From: an uncultured Bdellovibrionales bacterium
Lineage (GTDB): Bacteria; Patescibacteriota; Minisyncoccia; Moranbacterales; UBA1568
DNA length: 64,000 nucleotides
Assembly (NCBI GenBank): GCA_964500505.1
Contig: CAZCNN010000001.1
Coordinates: 66,621 to 130,620, forward strand
Direction: 5' to 3'
Positions 10,073 through 20,298 of this stretch are shown here, one piece after another; the stretch's first letter is position 1; every line of letters starts with the position of its first letter. The translations under genes were made by a program, and so were the position numbers. Below the pieces are notes generated by a model. That model searched no databases. It was not told where the DNA came from and saw nothing but the letters and a program-made list of their open reading frames with translations.

Positions 10073-11545
10073 ATGAGCCACAAGTTCAGCGCCATCCTCG
10101 CTGCCTCCAACCACGATTTCGACTTGGAATCCGGGGCGGGCCTCAAAAGCCTGCTCGGTGATGTTGTCGAGGAATCGGTCAGCATTAGTACCAGATCAGA
10201 TGAGTGGATCCACCGGCACCAACGCGGACATTTTGTCCGCATGGTTGGCCTGGTGACGGCTGCTGAAAGCGCTGCCAAGGCACTTACGGCAATCACTGGA
10301 GTGCATCTCCCGTGGAATTTGAACAAGACCTACAAGGGGTGGGTCCAACACGAATCCATCGCAACTGCCGACCGCAAGGTCGAGGACTGGAAGCGGTGGA
10401 CTGGATTTCTCGGCACAGTCGCCGGCTATCCGAAACAGTACCCGCTCTTGGTGGCTTTCATCAAAGCCACTCAGTCAGATCGCGGGACAGGCAGTCCTTA
10501 CACCACATGCTCGCTCCGCGCGCTGGTCGAGAAGTTCTCCTTCTCGCCAGGGAAGATCGAACGCACGCTTCGGGCAACCGAATGGCAGTGCAATCGCTTC
10601 CTGCGGGGGTACAACATCCAGTTCTCGAACAAGCACAACTGGGATTCCATGGCTGACGTGCTCGCTCCGCGTTGTACTCGTCCGGACACGGAAGATGGCT
10701 GGGGCCCGCAGTGCTACAGCCGTGAGGATCGGAGCGGCTTCAACCCGGCGAAAGCTGGGAAGAAGCTCGCAGCGCTGATCATCAATCGGCGTCTCGAGCG
10801 CATCTCCGGCCAGCAATTCTCCGGAAAGTCACTCGAGGTACTGATGAAGGCTCGCGGCTTCCGGTCGATTCTGCCCATGCTCAAGCATGGAAAGAAGGAT
10901 GTCACAGAGTGGGTGTACCCGCACTCGCGCCAAGTCGTAAGGTGGGCGGTGGACCGCATCAATGCTGGTGAGTTCGCTCACCTGCGTGAAGCGATTCATA
11001 GCTCTGATCGGCTTGTCTGTGACAACACGGATGGCGTTGAGATGTTGACTGATCCATTCTGCGCAGTGGAAATCCATGGATTCCGAGTTACGTCGGGCCA
11101 CCGTTTGGTGGCATGGGGACGTGGCAGTCGCCAGTGTGTCGACGTGACACACTTGGTGGTTGGGCCAACTGGCCGGTCCTACCATGCGGATCACGGACTC
11201 GCTCCAATGAAGCCCAATGCAACGTGGCGTGGATACGAAGCCACGCCACGGGGATATATCCGGGAGGCTCTCGAGGCCTGGCAGAAGCAGGACGACTCGG
11301 CCAAGTTGGCAGTTCGTCAGTTTCCGAACCTGAGCCGGACGGACTGCACCATTTTGGTGACTCGCGAGGATTCCTATCGGGCAGGCAACTGCTCAGCAGG
11401 TACTGAAGCGTGGATCAATCGCACGGGTGTCGGTACGAAGCGCTGGTGTGTGCCGGCCAATGTGCTCCTCGGATATGCCGATGATCCACAGGTGGCCAGG
11501 GTACTCGCGGTGGCAAACCGCGATGCCGCACGCCTATCCGCGTGA
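10073..11545 (+). CDS. orphan hypothetical protein (490 aa from MSHKF), W/R/H-rich, GC-rich
   Basis: SD aaggag sits 6 nt before the ATG at 10073; the ORF-track start at 10037 has no SD. Local GC is about 58-60%, against about 52% in the flanking genes. No recognisable motif. Confidence 0.6.
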   Translation: MSHKFSAILAASNHDFDLESGAGLKSLLGDVVEESVSISTRSDEWIHRHQRGHFVRMVGLVTAAESAAKALTAITGVHLPWNLNKTYKGWVQHESIATADRKVEDWKRWTGFLGTVAGYPKQYPLLVAFIKATQSDRGTGSPYTTCSLRALVEKFSFSPGKIERTLRATEWQCNRFLRGYNIQFSNKHNWDSMADVLAPRCTRPDTEDGWGPQCYSREDRSGFNPAKAGKKLAALIINRRLERISGQQFSGKSLEVLMKARGFRSILPMLKHGKKDVTEWVYPHSRQVVRWAVDRINAGEFAHLREAIHSSDRLVCDNTDGVEMLTDPFCAVEIHGFRVTSGHRLVAWGRGSRQCVDVTHLVVGPTGRSYHADHGLAPMKPNATWRGYEATPRGYIREALEAWQKQDDSAKLAVRQFPNLSRTDCTILVTREDSYRAGNCSAGTEAWINRTGVGTKRWCVPANVLLGYADDPQVARVLAVANRDAARLSA

Positions 11546-11677
11546 TATGAAGGCTACTCATTGAGCCATGTTGGGAGACAAAATCAATGAGACAAAGTTG
11601 GGGAAGGAGGTGCAACACATCGTCTTCCCCACACTCTTGAGTACTGGTTTTCGAACGAGTTTTCAAGAATGAGATAG

Positions 11678-11711
11678 TAAAAAACTTGCACTATGAATGC
11701 AAGTTTTTTTG
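11678..11711. terminator. bidirectional rho-independent terminator
   Basis: aaaaaa-cttgcactatgaatgcaag-ttttttt. Confidence 0.65.
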
Positions 11712-11744
11712 TTTCCTTATAAGCTAAAAGCCATCAGCTATAAG

Positions 11745-12698
11745 CTATTTCTGATAACGATCTTTCCGAGCTTGGTACATCATATCCTCCGTGAGCTTGC
11801 GGTTACTCTTGATCATGTCGGCGATAAAGGCAAAGATGAGAAGCTGGATACCGATGATAAAGAGGATGCTCGATGAGAGGAGGTAGTTCAAGTACGGGGT
11901 GACCTTGAAACCGCTACCGAAGTACTGAACCAGAAAAGTGATGAAGCCGATGGTGGCGAGAGCAATCAAGAAGAGTCCAGGGACGCCAAAGAACTTCATC
12001 GGGCGGACATCACGCACGGCCTTGAGTATGATGCGGGCGCTGTTGTTCACAAAGCTATAGACACTCTTCACGATTTTGGATTTGCGGTCAGCAAAATAGG
12101 TGACCTGGACCGGAACCCAGAGGACACGGAGGTTCTTGCCGATGGCATCGATGATAGTCTCTTGGGTGTAGGTGAAACCAGTCGGATTGTTGAGGCGAAG
12201 GAGCGTCTCACGTGAATGGGCGCGAAAGCCACAGGTGAGGTCATCAGTTTTGACATTCAAAAACGATCCCACGAGAGAGGCGCCAAGGCGATTAAAGAAA
12301 TCTTTGATCCAGGGAATGTTCTTGGCACTCGACTCCGAAAAGCGATCACCGACCACCATATCGGCCTGGTTCCGTAGGACTGGGTCAATCAATTTTTGAA
12401 TCTCGGCGGAGTCAAACTGGCCATCAGCATCAATATTGACCATGATGTCGGCGCCTTCCTTGAGCGCGTTTTCGCTCGCGGTGGCAAACATGACCCCGAG
12501 GCGACGGTTGATGCCGTGCTTGAGGACAAAGTCAGCCCCAGCCTCCTTGGCCACCTCGGCGGTCCGGTCAGAGGAACCATCATCGACGACCTGAATCAAG
12601 ACTTCATCGATGCCGGCATAGTGACGGGGCATATTCTCTATGGTTTTGCCGATGACCGATTCTTCGTTGAAGGCCGGGATGTTAATAATGAGACGCAT
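11745..12698 (-). CDS. GT2 polyprenol-phosphate glycosyltransferase (DPM/DPG-synthase-like)
   Basis: The start is at MRLIINIPAFNEE, with VVDDGSSDRT and DADGQFD motifs. The ORF-track N-terminal extension from 12761 is not typical of this family. Confidence 0.8.
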   Translation of the reverse strand: MRLIINIPAFNEESVIGKTIENMPRHYAGIDEVLIQVVDDGSSDRTAEVAKEAGADFVLKHGINRRLGVMFATASENALKEGADIMVNIDADGQFDSAEIQKLIDPVLRNQADMVVGDRFSESSAKNIPWIKDFFNRLGASLVGSFLNVKTDDLTCGFRAHSRETLLRLNNPTGFTYTQETIIDAIGKNLRVLWVPVQVTYFADRKSKIVKSVYSFVNNSARIILKAVRDVRPMKFFGVPGLFLIALATIGFITFLVQYFGSGFKVTPYLNYLLSSSILFIIGIQLLIFAFIADMIKSNRKLTEDMMYQARKDRYQK

Positions 12699-12715
12699 AT
12701 ACTTGGTGATGAATA

Positions 12716-12734
12716 ATGAAGTATGAAGCAGGAA
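12716..12734 (-). promoter_or_regulatory. 19-bp conserved upstream motif TTCCTGCTTCATACTTCAT (copy 1, 17 nt before the GT2 ATG)
   Basis: Identical 19/19 to 34592-34610. Confidence 0.5.
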
Positions 12735-12764
12735 GTATGGACGAGGATGTCTACAATACAAATC

Positions 12765-13034
12765 TTATCTTTTCTCAGTCTTGTGAATGAGGAGCTTGGG
12801 GTCGACACATTCGGCGTTACAGTTCTCTTTGGCACCGTTTAGGCCATTCTTGATCAGGTCCTTCTGACACTGCTGGAGTTTTTCTTGGCAGGCCACTTTG
12901 CGCTCATTCCAGTAATTGAGGTTGATGGCGTAGCCGAAATAGGGCAGGGTAAAATACGCCACCGTAATCACGCCCGCCATCCAGACAATCAGTTTGAGCA
13001 GTCCAAAAATCATAAGACAGGAAACAGTCAACAA
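12765..13034 (-). CDS. small membrane protein (1-2 TM), C-terminal Cys-rich
   Basis: 89 aa, hydrophobic N-terminus. Confidence 0.45.
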   Translation of the reverse strand: MLTVSCLMIFGLLKLIVWMAGVITVAYFTLPYFGYAINLNYWNERKVACQEKLQQCQKDLIKNGLNGAKENCNAECVDPKLLIHKTEKR

Positions 13035-13119
13035 TTAGCAATTAGCAACGAACATCCAGTTCCATGGCGTGTATAGTTTTTTGTTATTTGCTGACTGTTC
13101 ATTGTTGTTTGATAGTTGT

Positions 13120-14415
13120 CTAACGGCCGATGCCTTTGTAGATAATACCAGCTTCGAGGAAAGATGCTTTGTCGAGACAGTTCTTGCCGTCGATGATGAC
13201 CGAGATACCATGCTTCTTTAAGAGGTCTGGTGTGAGCGCATCGATAAATTCGCGGTGATTGGTGACTAGGACAAGTGCCTCTACGCCCCCGAGAAGTTCA
13301 TCAAGTGTTCCGACATCAGACTTCTTCTTGACGTGTGGGTCGTAGGTCGTGACGATGGCGCCATGCTTTTTCAAGTGCGCGATGACCTTGAAAGCAGGGG
13401 ACTCGCGAACATCGTCGATGTTGGCTTTGTAAGAGAGGCCGAGGACACCCACCTTGGTGCCATTCACAGGGAGTTTGACTTGGTTCAGGGCATCTTGGAG
13501 GAGCTCCACGGTGTAACCGGGCATGCTGTTATTGATCTCCCGGGCAATTTTGAGAAATTTGTGATCAAAGCCCGACTGCTTGGCCCGCTCTATGAGGTAG
13601 TAGGGGTCAACCGGAATACAGTGACCACCGACGCCACAGGAGGGGTAATGAGCCATAAAGGCAAAGGGCTTGGTGGCGGCTCCTTCTATCACGTCTTTGA
13701 CATCGATATTGAGTACATCAAATGAACGAGCGAGCTCGTTCACAAAGGCGATATTGATATCACGGAAGGAATTTTCGACAATCTTGACGGCTTCGGCTTC
13801 TCGGATGGATTTCATTTTGCGGATTTCACCGTCAACGATGGAAGAATAAAAGTCATGAGCCAGAGTGAGACCGGTTTCATCAAATGAGCCCACGACCCGA
13901 GGAATATTGGTGACATTCCACTTGGTATCACCGGGATTGATCCGTTCCGGACAGTGCGCGAGGTAGAGGTCGGTGCCAATGGTGTAGCCAGCTTTTTCAA
14001 ACAGCGGGCGGACCACTTCTTCGCTGACGCCAGGATTGACTGTGGATTCAAGGACGACGAGAGCGCCCTTTTTGACGTGGGTGGCAATGAGCTCTGTGGC
14101 AGAGATGACGGGAGCGAGATCGGGATAGAATGACTCATCGACTGGAGTCGGGACACAGATGAGGATGATGTCAGCCTGATCCAACCGACTGCCGTCACTG
14201 GTCGCTTCGAAGGGGTAACGGCCGATGTTCTCCTCGAGAAAGGCATCTTCAATCGGGCTCTTACCAGCATTGAGGAGAGCTATCTTTTCTTCGTTGGTAT
14301 CGTAGCCGATGACCGTGTATCCGCGTTCGCTTGCTCGCACGGCGAGGGGCAAACCGACATAGCCGAGCCCGACAATCGCGACCGTTTTTTTTGATGTGGA
14401 TGACGGAGCTTCCAT
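13120..14415 (-). CDS. nucleotide-sugar dehydrogenase (UDP-glucose/UDP-ManNAc 6-dehydrogenase family)
   Basis: N-terminal Rossmann VAIVGLGYVGLPLA and a catalytic Cys region. Confidence 0.85.
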   Translation of the reverse strand: MEAPSSTSKKTVAIVGLGYVGLPLAVRASERGYTVIGYDTNEEKIALLNAGKSPIEDAFLEENIGRYPFEATSDGSRLDQADIILICVPTPVDESFYPDLAPVISATELIATHVKKGALVVLESTVNPGVSEEVVRPLFEKAGYTIGTDLYLAHCPERINPGDTKWNVTNIPRVVGSFDETGLTLAHDFYSSIVDGEIRKMKSIREAEAVKIVENSFRDINIAFVNELARSFDVLNIDVKDVIEGAATKPFAFMAHYPSCGVGGHCIPVDPYYLIERAKQSGFDHKFLKIAREINNSMPGYTVELLQDALNQVKLPVNGTKVGVLGLSYKANIDDVRESPAFKVIAHLKKHGAIVTTYDPHVKKKSDVGTLDELLGGVEALVLVTNHREFIDALTPDLLKKHGISVIIDGKNCLDKASFLEAGIIYKGIGR

Positions 14416-14486
14416 TTATCGTGTATTTAGGAGTAATATACTCATTGTACGAAAGAAAAGCCTCCCTGACAAGCTAAAAGTATCCT

Positions 14487-15086
14487 ATGTTTCTGACTCA
14501 CAGAATTGAGCAGGCCATCGTCCGAGCCACAGTCCTTCATGAGCCTCAGCGCCGCAAGGTAAGTGGCGTCCCATACATCGTCCACCCATACTCGGTGGCA
14601 TTTCTTCTTGCGCACTATGTTGATGATGAGGATGTTATCATCGCTGGACTCCTTCATGACACGCTTGAGGACGTCCCGACTTATACGGTCAAGATGCTTC
14701 GGGCTGAGTTTGGTGATCGGGTGGCCGCTATCGTCCTTGAGGTCACTGAAGACTTTACCCAAGCAGAAAAGGAGAATCATGACATCCGGGGCAATGGCTG
14801 GCGTCAACGCAAGGAAAAGTATCTGGAGAATCTCAAAAATGATAGTAGAGAGGCGCTCCTCGTGGCGACCGCCGACAAGATTCATAATATGCGGAACGCT
14901 CTTGATGAGTATTCACTCCATGGTGAAGCCGTTTGGACCAAGTTCAAACGGAACGCCGAAAATCTGGTGTGGTTCTATACGGAAGCGGGTGCCGTCATCA
15001 GTGCCCGACTCACGCATCCACTCGTTGACGAGATGAATCGCCTCCTTCATGAGCTTCAAGCAATAGCCTCGAAACGTGAAATCTGA
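14487..15086 (+). CDS. HD-domain phosphohydrolase (small RelA/SpoT-like HD protein)
   Basis: GVPYIVHP ... LLHDTLED. Confidence 0.7.
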   Translation: MFLTHRIEQAIVRATVLHEPQRRKVSGVPYIVHPYSVAFLLAHYVDDEDVIIAGLLHDTLEDVPTYTVKMLRAEFGDRVAAIVLEVTEDFTQAEKENHDIRGNGWRQRKEKYLENLKNDSREALLVATADKIHNMRNALDEYSLHGEAVWTKFKRNAENLVWFYTEAGAVISARLTHPLVDEMNRLLHELQAIASKREI

Positions 15087-15098
15087 TAAAATAGGGGC

Positions 15099-16265
15099 AT
15101 GCGTATAGGTATCAATGCTTCATTTTTACGGAAGCCTGGCACGGGAATTGGTCAGGTGAGTTTTAATTTCATCAATGAATTGATGAAATTAAATGAAGTA
15201 AGAAGTATGACGCATGAAGCATGGGGAGATATTCAGTTCATCCTCTATACCGAAGAACAAACCAATTTGAAGTTACCGAGTAATTTTCAGATTCGGAGCT
15301 TTTTACCATTTTGGAAGCGTGATGATCTCATCCGTAAGGTATTGTGGGAACAACAAGTGGTACGGGAAGCCGAAAAAGATAACTGTGACGCTTTTATCAG
15401 CCTCTATCAGTCAGCAACCAATTTCCGTACTTCTTCCGTGGAGCGTCACACGATGGTGGTCCACGACATCATCCCCGAGCTCTTTCCTGAATATCAGGGG
15501 AATCTGCGAAAGCGGCTCTACTGGCAGGCGGTCACACGAGGCATAGCGAACGCTTCTCAGATACTGGCGGTGTCACAATCTACCAAACATGACCTCGTAG
15601 AATTTGGTATACCAGAGGAGCGAATCACGGTGGCGTACCCGTCTGTGTCGCCTCATTTTCATCTCTCTGCCGACAAGGCAGGCGATCTCCAGGTACTCGC
15701 CACGTACAGTCTCGAGCCCGGATATATCTACCATGGCGGGGGACTGGAAGTGCGGAAGAATGCCGAGGGTCTCCTACGTGCCTATCGAGAGGTCCGAGAC
15801 AGTGAGCCAACCACTCCAAAGCTCGTTATTTCAGGCAGGATTTTTTCTGAAACCAACTTGCTTGCGACTCCGGTCCGGAGACTCGTACACGAGCTCCATC
15901 TCGAGGGACAGGTGCAGTTGCTGGATTTTGTACCTGAACACGACTTGCCAGCACTCTATCGCCAGGCACTCTTCTTTGCTTACCCTTCACACTACGAAGG
16001 GTTTGGCCTCCCACTCGTCGAAGCGATGACGCTCGGTGTACCAATACTCACTGCCGACAACTCTTCACTGATGGAAGTGGCTGGTGATAGCGCCCTCTAT
16101 GTGGATTCGCATCGTGGAGAGGCAATCGCTTCGGGACTCAAGACACTCATAGCTGATGCGTCACTCCGGGAACGTCTGGGACATGAGGGCAGGGAGAGAG
16201 CCAAACTCTTTGAGTGGCCATCTTTTGTCGAAACACTGATAGCGCTCGCAACGAAAACATCATGA
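15099..16265 (+). CDS. glycosyltransferase family 4
   Basis: EGFGLPLVEAMTLGVPILT. Confidence 0.8.
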   Translation: MRIGINASFLRKPGTGIGQVSFNFINELMKLNEVRSMTHEAWGDIQFILYTEEQTNLKLPSNFQIRSFLPFWKRDDLIRKVLWEQQVVREAEKDNCDAFISLYQSATNFRTSSVERHTMVVHDIIPELFPEYQGNLRKRLYWQAVTRGIANASQILAVSQSTKHDLVEFGIPEERITVAYPSVSPHFHLSADKAGDLQVLATYSLEPGYIYHGGGLEVRKNAEGLLRAYREVRDSEPTTPKLVISGRIFSETNLLATPVRRLVHELHLEGQVQLLDFVPEHDLPALYRQALFFAYPSHYEGFGLPLVEAMTLGVPILTADNSSLMEVAGDSALYVDSHRGEAIASGLKTLIADASLRERLGHEGRERAKLFEWPSFVETLIALATKTS

Positions 16266-17887
16266 AGCACATCTTTGATTCACTTTTGATACCGTTGGCA
16301 CAAGTGCGTACCCATCGACTCTTGCTTCTCCTTGGGGCGGGGGTACTCCTCTTGGTGCTACCGGTACTCATGTATCGAGGAGTATTGCCACTTAAGCCGG
16401 TAAACTTTTTCTTTTTTGCTTTTGTGACGCTCCTCGCCTCACTCTACCGACCAGGGTGGGTATTCCTCCTTCTCATTGCTCTCCTGCCACTTGAGATTGT
16501 GAATCTCGCCCCGGCCCTCTTTGGTGGCATCGAGATTCGGCCGTATCAGTTTGTGATGATCTTGCTCGTGGTGTCCCTGTTGATACGTCTCGTGCTCCGA
16601 AATATGCCATTTCGACTCATGGAGCCACGATGGTTTGACGCGTTCTGGCCGCTTGTTGCCGTGGGAGGCTTCCTCGGGATTGCTATGGCGCCAGATATCA
16701 TCCTCTCAGCCAAGCAAGCAGTCATCGTGACTTCTTTTGTGGGACTCTATTTTTTGGGGCGCATTTTTTTTCGTACCATGTATGACTTGCGTCAGGCGCT
16801 CCCATTTTTCCTCTTATCGAGTGCTGTCGTAGCAGGCTATGCTTTGTGGCAGAATATTCGTTTTGCAGAGGGACTGGAGAGCTATCAAGTGATGACGGGT
16901 CGACCCAATGCGCTCTTTCCTGAAGCGGATTGGCTCGGCATGTTTCTTCTCCTCCCGCTTGGCATCGGCCTTTATCTCCTCACACTCTTGGTATGGCGGG
17001 GTAGGGTTATCGGATCATCTATGAACCGAGCATTGCTCTACGGTGGGCTCTTATCGTTCCTCATTCTTATTCTAACGACACTTATTCTCACGATGGCGAG
17101 GAGTGCTTGGTTGGGGGCAGCAATGCTCGTTTTTTCGTTTGGACTCTTCTTTCTTCTACGACTCAAGTCAGAAACGGGCCGATTTTTTGGTCATACATCC
17201 TGGCTCTTCTCCGCGCTCTTGGTTGGTATGCTCATGGTGTCGGTCGGTATCGTAGAGAGTACTCGTTTGAGCCCATTCCATCTTTTGAATCGTATAGAGA
17301 GTACAGGCGGACTCCAAAAGATTACGGTGGCCTGTGAGAGCGTGGCGACACCGCCTGTCGCTATCGGGACGACCGATGAGCTTGCTGCCTATGGGTGCCG
17401 CCACATCAATCTCGAAGATATCGAGCGCGAGCGCGAAGCAGGATATCTCGTGACAGAGATTGATCGTCGCGATCCCAATATCGCGCTCCGTGGCCAGATC
17501 TACGTGACAGTATCGGAAGTCGTACAGAGTCACCCCTTCTTGGGTATCGGGTGGGGGAGCATCAGCTCGATTCTCGGGACCGATGAGCGCGGGGCTGGAC
17601 TGAACGCAAGCAATATCTTTCTTGAAGTCTGGCTGGGGAGTGGTTTGTTGGGACTCGCGGCTCTTGTAGCGCTCCTTTCCTATTTCAGCTTACGACTCCT
17701 CCAGGGCGTGATGGGAGCATCCATGACGGAAGAGGCGATGCTTGCAGCTAGTCTACTTTCGATACTCCTTGGTCTGACAGTATGTAACCTCTTCAATTCT
17801 GGCATTCTCCTCGGGTTTTACTTTATGTTTTTTGCAGTTGCGGCGCTCCTGGTGGAGCGCGCTATCTCTTCACCCTCTCAACTATGA
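16262..17887 (+). CDS. O-antigen ligase/polymerase-like membrane protein (Wzy_C type)
   Basis: ATGA overlap with the upstream GT4 gene. Polytopic, with a large extracytoplasmic loop. Confidence 0.6.
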   Translation: MKHIFDSLLIPLAQVRTHRLLLLLGAGVLLLVLPVLMYRGVLPLKPVNFFFFAFVTLLASLYRPGWVFLLLIALLPLEIVNLAPALFGGIEIRPYQFVMILLVVSLLIRLVLRNMPFRLMEPRWFDAFWPLVAVGGFLGIAMAPDIILSAKQAVIVTSFVGLYFLGRIFFRTMYDLRQALPFFLLSSAVVAGYALWQNIRFAEGLESYQVMTGRPNALFPEADWLGMFLLLPLGIGLYLLTLLVWRGRVIGSSMNRALLYGGLLSFLILILTTLILTMARSAWLGAAMLVFSFGLFFLLRLKSETGRFFGHTSWLFSALLVGMLMVSVGIVESTRLSPFHLLNRIESTGGLQKITVACESVATPPVAIGTTDELAAYGCRHINLEDIEREREAGYLVTEIDRRDPNIALRGQIYVTVSEVVQSHPFLGIGWGSISSILGTDERGAGLNASNIFLEVWLGSGLLGLAALVALLSYFSLRLLQGVMGASMTEEAMLAASLLSILLGLTVCNLFNSGILLGFYFMFFAVAALLVERAISSPSQL

Positions 17888-19032
17888 ACAGTCAGATTCG
17901 CGCCATTGATGTGAGACTCCTCGGCCGAAAGCGCACGGGAGATGAGACGGTGTTTTTTAATTTGACCAAAGAGCTTTTGGCGCAAGACAAGGACCATGAG
18001 TACTGGCTGCTTACGGATGAGCGCGATGAGGCGACACTCGACATGCTCCGGGAGCGACTCGGTATCGTCGGGGCTTCCCAGGTGCGCCTCGTGACGATCC
18101 TAGGTCGGAACCGTTTTGTGTGGAATCTCGTCACCCTCCCATGGTTTCTCCTGACGCACAACGTGGCAGTCTTTCACACTCAGTATATTCTCCCACTTTT
18201 TGTACCGGCGCGGACCAAAGTCGTCGATCACATCCACGATGTGTCATTTGCCGCACTGCCTCAGTATATCGGCTGGAGCGATCGATTGTTTCTGTCCCTG
18301 TTTATTCCACTCGCTCTGAGACGAGCAGACCGGGTAGTTGTGCCATCACAGTTTACGAAGGACGAAATTATCCGCCACTATGGGACCAGTGGCGACAAGA
18401 TTGTACTCGTACCCAATGCGCTCTCCGTAGAGTTTCAGACGCTTTCCCATTCGAGCTTTGAATCAATACGCCAAGCATACGGACTTCCAGAGCAGTACAT
18501 CATCTCCGTAGGAACGCTTCAGCCCAGAAAAAATCTACCCCTTCTCATTAGGGCTTGGGCCAAGCTGCGAGAGCGTCTCCCGGAGGTGCGTCTTGTACTG
18601 GTCGGCAACCGTGCGGGGCACCATTTTGATCCCGACATCGATCGAGCCATCGCCGAGTGTCATGGTGAAGAAGGAGTGGTTTTCCCGGGTTATATCAGTG
18701 CATCGGACTTGCCGGATGTGATACGAATGGCCAGTGTGTTTGCCCTTCCTTCACGCTATGAGGGTTTTGGTATCCCACTCCTTGAGGCCATGAGCCAGGA
18801 TGTTCCGGTCGCAGCCTCGGATATCCCGTGCCTCTCGGAAGTCGCCGGGCCAGCGGCGCTCTATTTCGACCCAACGAGTGTTGCTACATGCGAGGAAAAA
18901 CTGTATACTCTTCTTACTGACAACAATGTACGAGAAAACGCCATCTCTCTCGGGAGAGGGCGGGTCTCGTTATTTTCCTGGCGGACCAGTGCCACCAAGC
19001 TCTTGTCACTCTATGACGAGCTCAGTCGCTGA
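17884..19032 (+). CDS. glycosyltransferase family 4
   Basis: EGFGIPLLEAMSQDVPVAASD. Confidence 0.8.
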   Translation: MNSQIRAIDVRLLGRKRTGDETVFFNLTKELLAQDKDHEYWLLTDERDEATLDMLRERLGIVGASQVRLVTILGRNRFVWNLVTLPWFLLTHNVAVFHTQYILPLFVPARTKVVDHIHDVSFAALPQYIGWSDRLFLSLFIPLALRRADRVVVPSQFTKDEIIRHYGTSGDKIVLVPNALSVEFQTLSHSSFESIRQAYGLPEQYIISVGTLQPRKNLPLLIRAWAKLRERLPEVRLVLVGNRAGHHFDPDIDRAIAECHGEEGVVFPGYISASDLPDVIRMASVFALPSRYEGFGIPLLEAMSQDVPVAASDIPCLSEVAGPAALYFDPTSVATCEEKLYTLLTDNNVRENAISLGRGRVSLFSWRTSATKLLSLYDELSR

Positions 19033-19062
19033 CATGCCGTTCAATTCATTATCGTTTACGTT

Positions 19063-20283
19063 ATGTATACACCGAAGTCAACCGATGCCTCGCTCGGCGA
19101 AGGAAAAGTGTCGACCAAGAAGCGCGTTATTCGGGTGGCACTCTTTGGTCTGGCTCTCCTCCTCATTGCAGGGGGTGCCTTTGCCTGGAAGACAGGCATG
19201 ACTCTCGACAAAATTTCACAGGGCGATGCCAATATCTTCAAGTCCCTTGTAAAAACGCTCCCGGGCGTCGAAAAGACCTTGAGTGGTGAGACAGAAGGTC
19301 GCATCAACATCCTCCTCCTCGGGATGCGCGGCGAGGGTGTCGAAGGTGGCGGACTCCTCGCAGATACCATCATGGTGCTTTCGATTCATCCCAAGAACGG
19401 CGAGGGAGATATGAGCAAAGCCTCGCTTATTTCCATCCCGCGCGACCTCTATGTCAAGGTGCCTGGTCGTGACGAACAGCGTAAAATCAATGCCGTCTAC
19501 GCCCTCGGTGAAGAGCGTTCGCATGGCGGTGGTGGTATCGAGGATATGCGCACTACTGTAGGCGAAGTGACGGGACTCGATATCCCGTACGGCGTCACTA
19601 TCAACTTTCAGGGCTTCAAGGACCTCGTCAATGCTATTGGTGGTATTACGATTACGCTTGAACTGCCGTTTGAAGAAGGGATGCAGTTCCGTGGCCTCGA
19701 AAAGCGCTGCGATGGCATCACCTATACTGTGCCATCTGGGAGTTATGAGGAAAAGCGGATCCAGCGTAAAAATGGCACCTACTATGCTAACCCGAAGCGC
19801 TACCCGCTCTGCTTTGAAAAGATGACTACAGTGGCTATCGCAGAACTTGAGTGTGGCGGTAACTTCAAACTGCCAGCGGGCGAGAACTTGCTCGATGGTG
19901 AGAAAGCGCTCTGTTATGCTCGTGCTCGCTATACCTCGAGTGACTTTGACCGTGCGCGCCGACAACAGGAGGTAATCAAACTCATCAAGGCCAAGGCACT
20001 TTCTCTGGGGACACTCACTGATTTCTCCAAGGTGACAGCTATGCTCGATAGTCTCGGCAACAATGTCAGTACCAACCTTGAAGCCTGGGAGATGAAGCGT
20101 ATGCTCGAGCTCTACCAAAAAGCTGGAGACGCAGGCAACATCAACCAGAAAGTACTTGAAAACTCTGAGGAGGGACTGCTCTACAACCCACCGCAGACCA
20201 AGGAAACCGGGTACATCCTCCTCCCTATCGGAGATAACTATGATCGGATCAAGGAGTTATTCAGGAATTCACTCAACTACTAG
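19063..20283 (+). CDS. LytR-CpsA-Psr (LCP) family glycopolymer-to-peptidoglycan ligase
   Basis: N-terminal TM, then RINILLLGMRG...DTIMVLSIHP...SIPRDLYV. Confidence 0.8.
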   Translation: MYTPKSTDASLGEGKVSTKKRVIRVALFGLALLLIAGGAFAWKTGMTLDKISQGDANIFKSLVKTLPGVEKTLSGETEGRINILLLGMRGEGVEGGGLLADTIMVLSIHPKNGEGDMSKASLISIPRDLYVKVPGRDEQRKINAVYALGEERSHGGGGIEDMRTTVGEVTGLDIPYGVTINFQGFKDLVNAIGGITITLELPFEEGMQFRGLEKRCDGITYTVPSGSYEEKRIQRKNGTYYANPKRYPLCFEKMTTVAIAELECGGNFKLPAGENLLDGEKALCYARARYTSSDFDRARRQQEVIKLIKAKALSLGTLTDFSKVTAMLDSLGNNVSTNLEAWEMKRMLELYQKAGDAGNINQKVLENSEEGLLYNPPQTKETGYILLPIGDNYDRIKELFRNSLNY

Positions 20284-20298
20284 GAACCAAGCGTAACA

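Noticed and set aside
11711-11745. Recurring agctaaaagc / agctataagct motif (also 14468-14480 and 28217-28241)
   Set aside because: The copy at 28217-28241 is inside the conserved WecB/TagA coding sequence (YQLKAKSYKL). Three copies of a 9-10-mer in an AT-biased 64 kb window is only weakly above expectation, so it is treated as coincidence.
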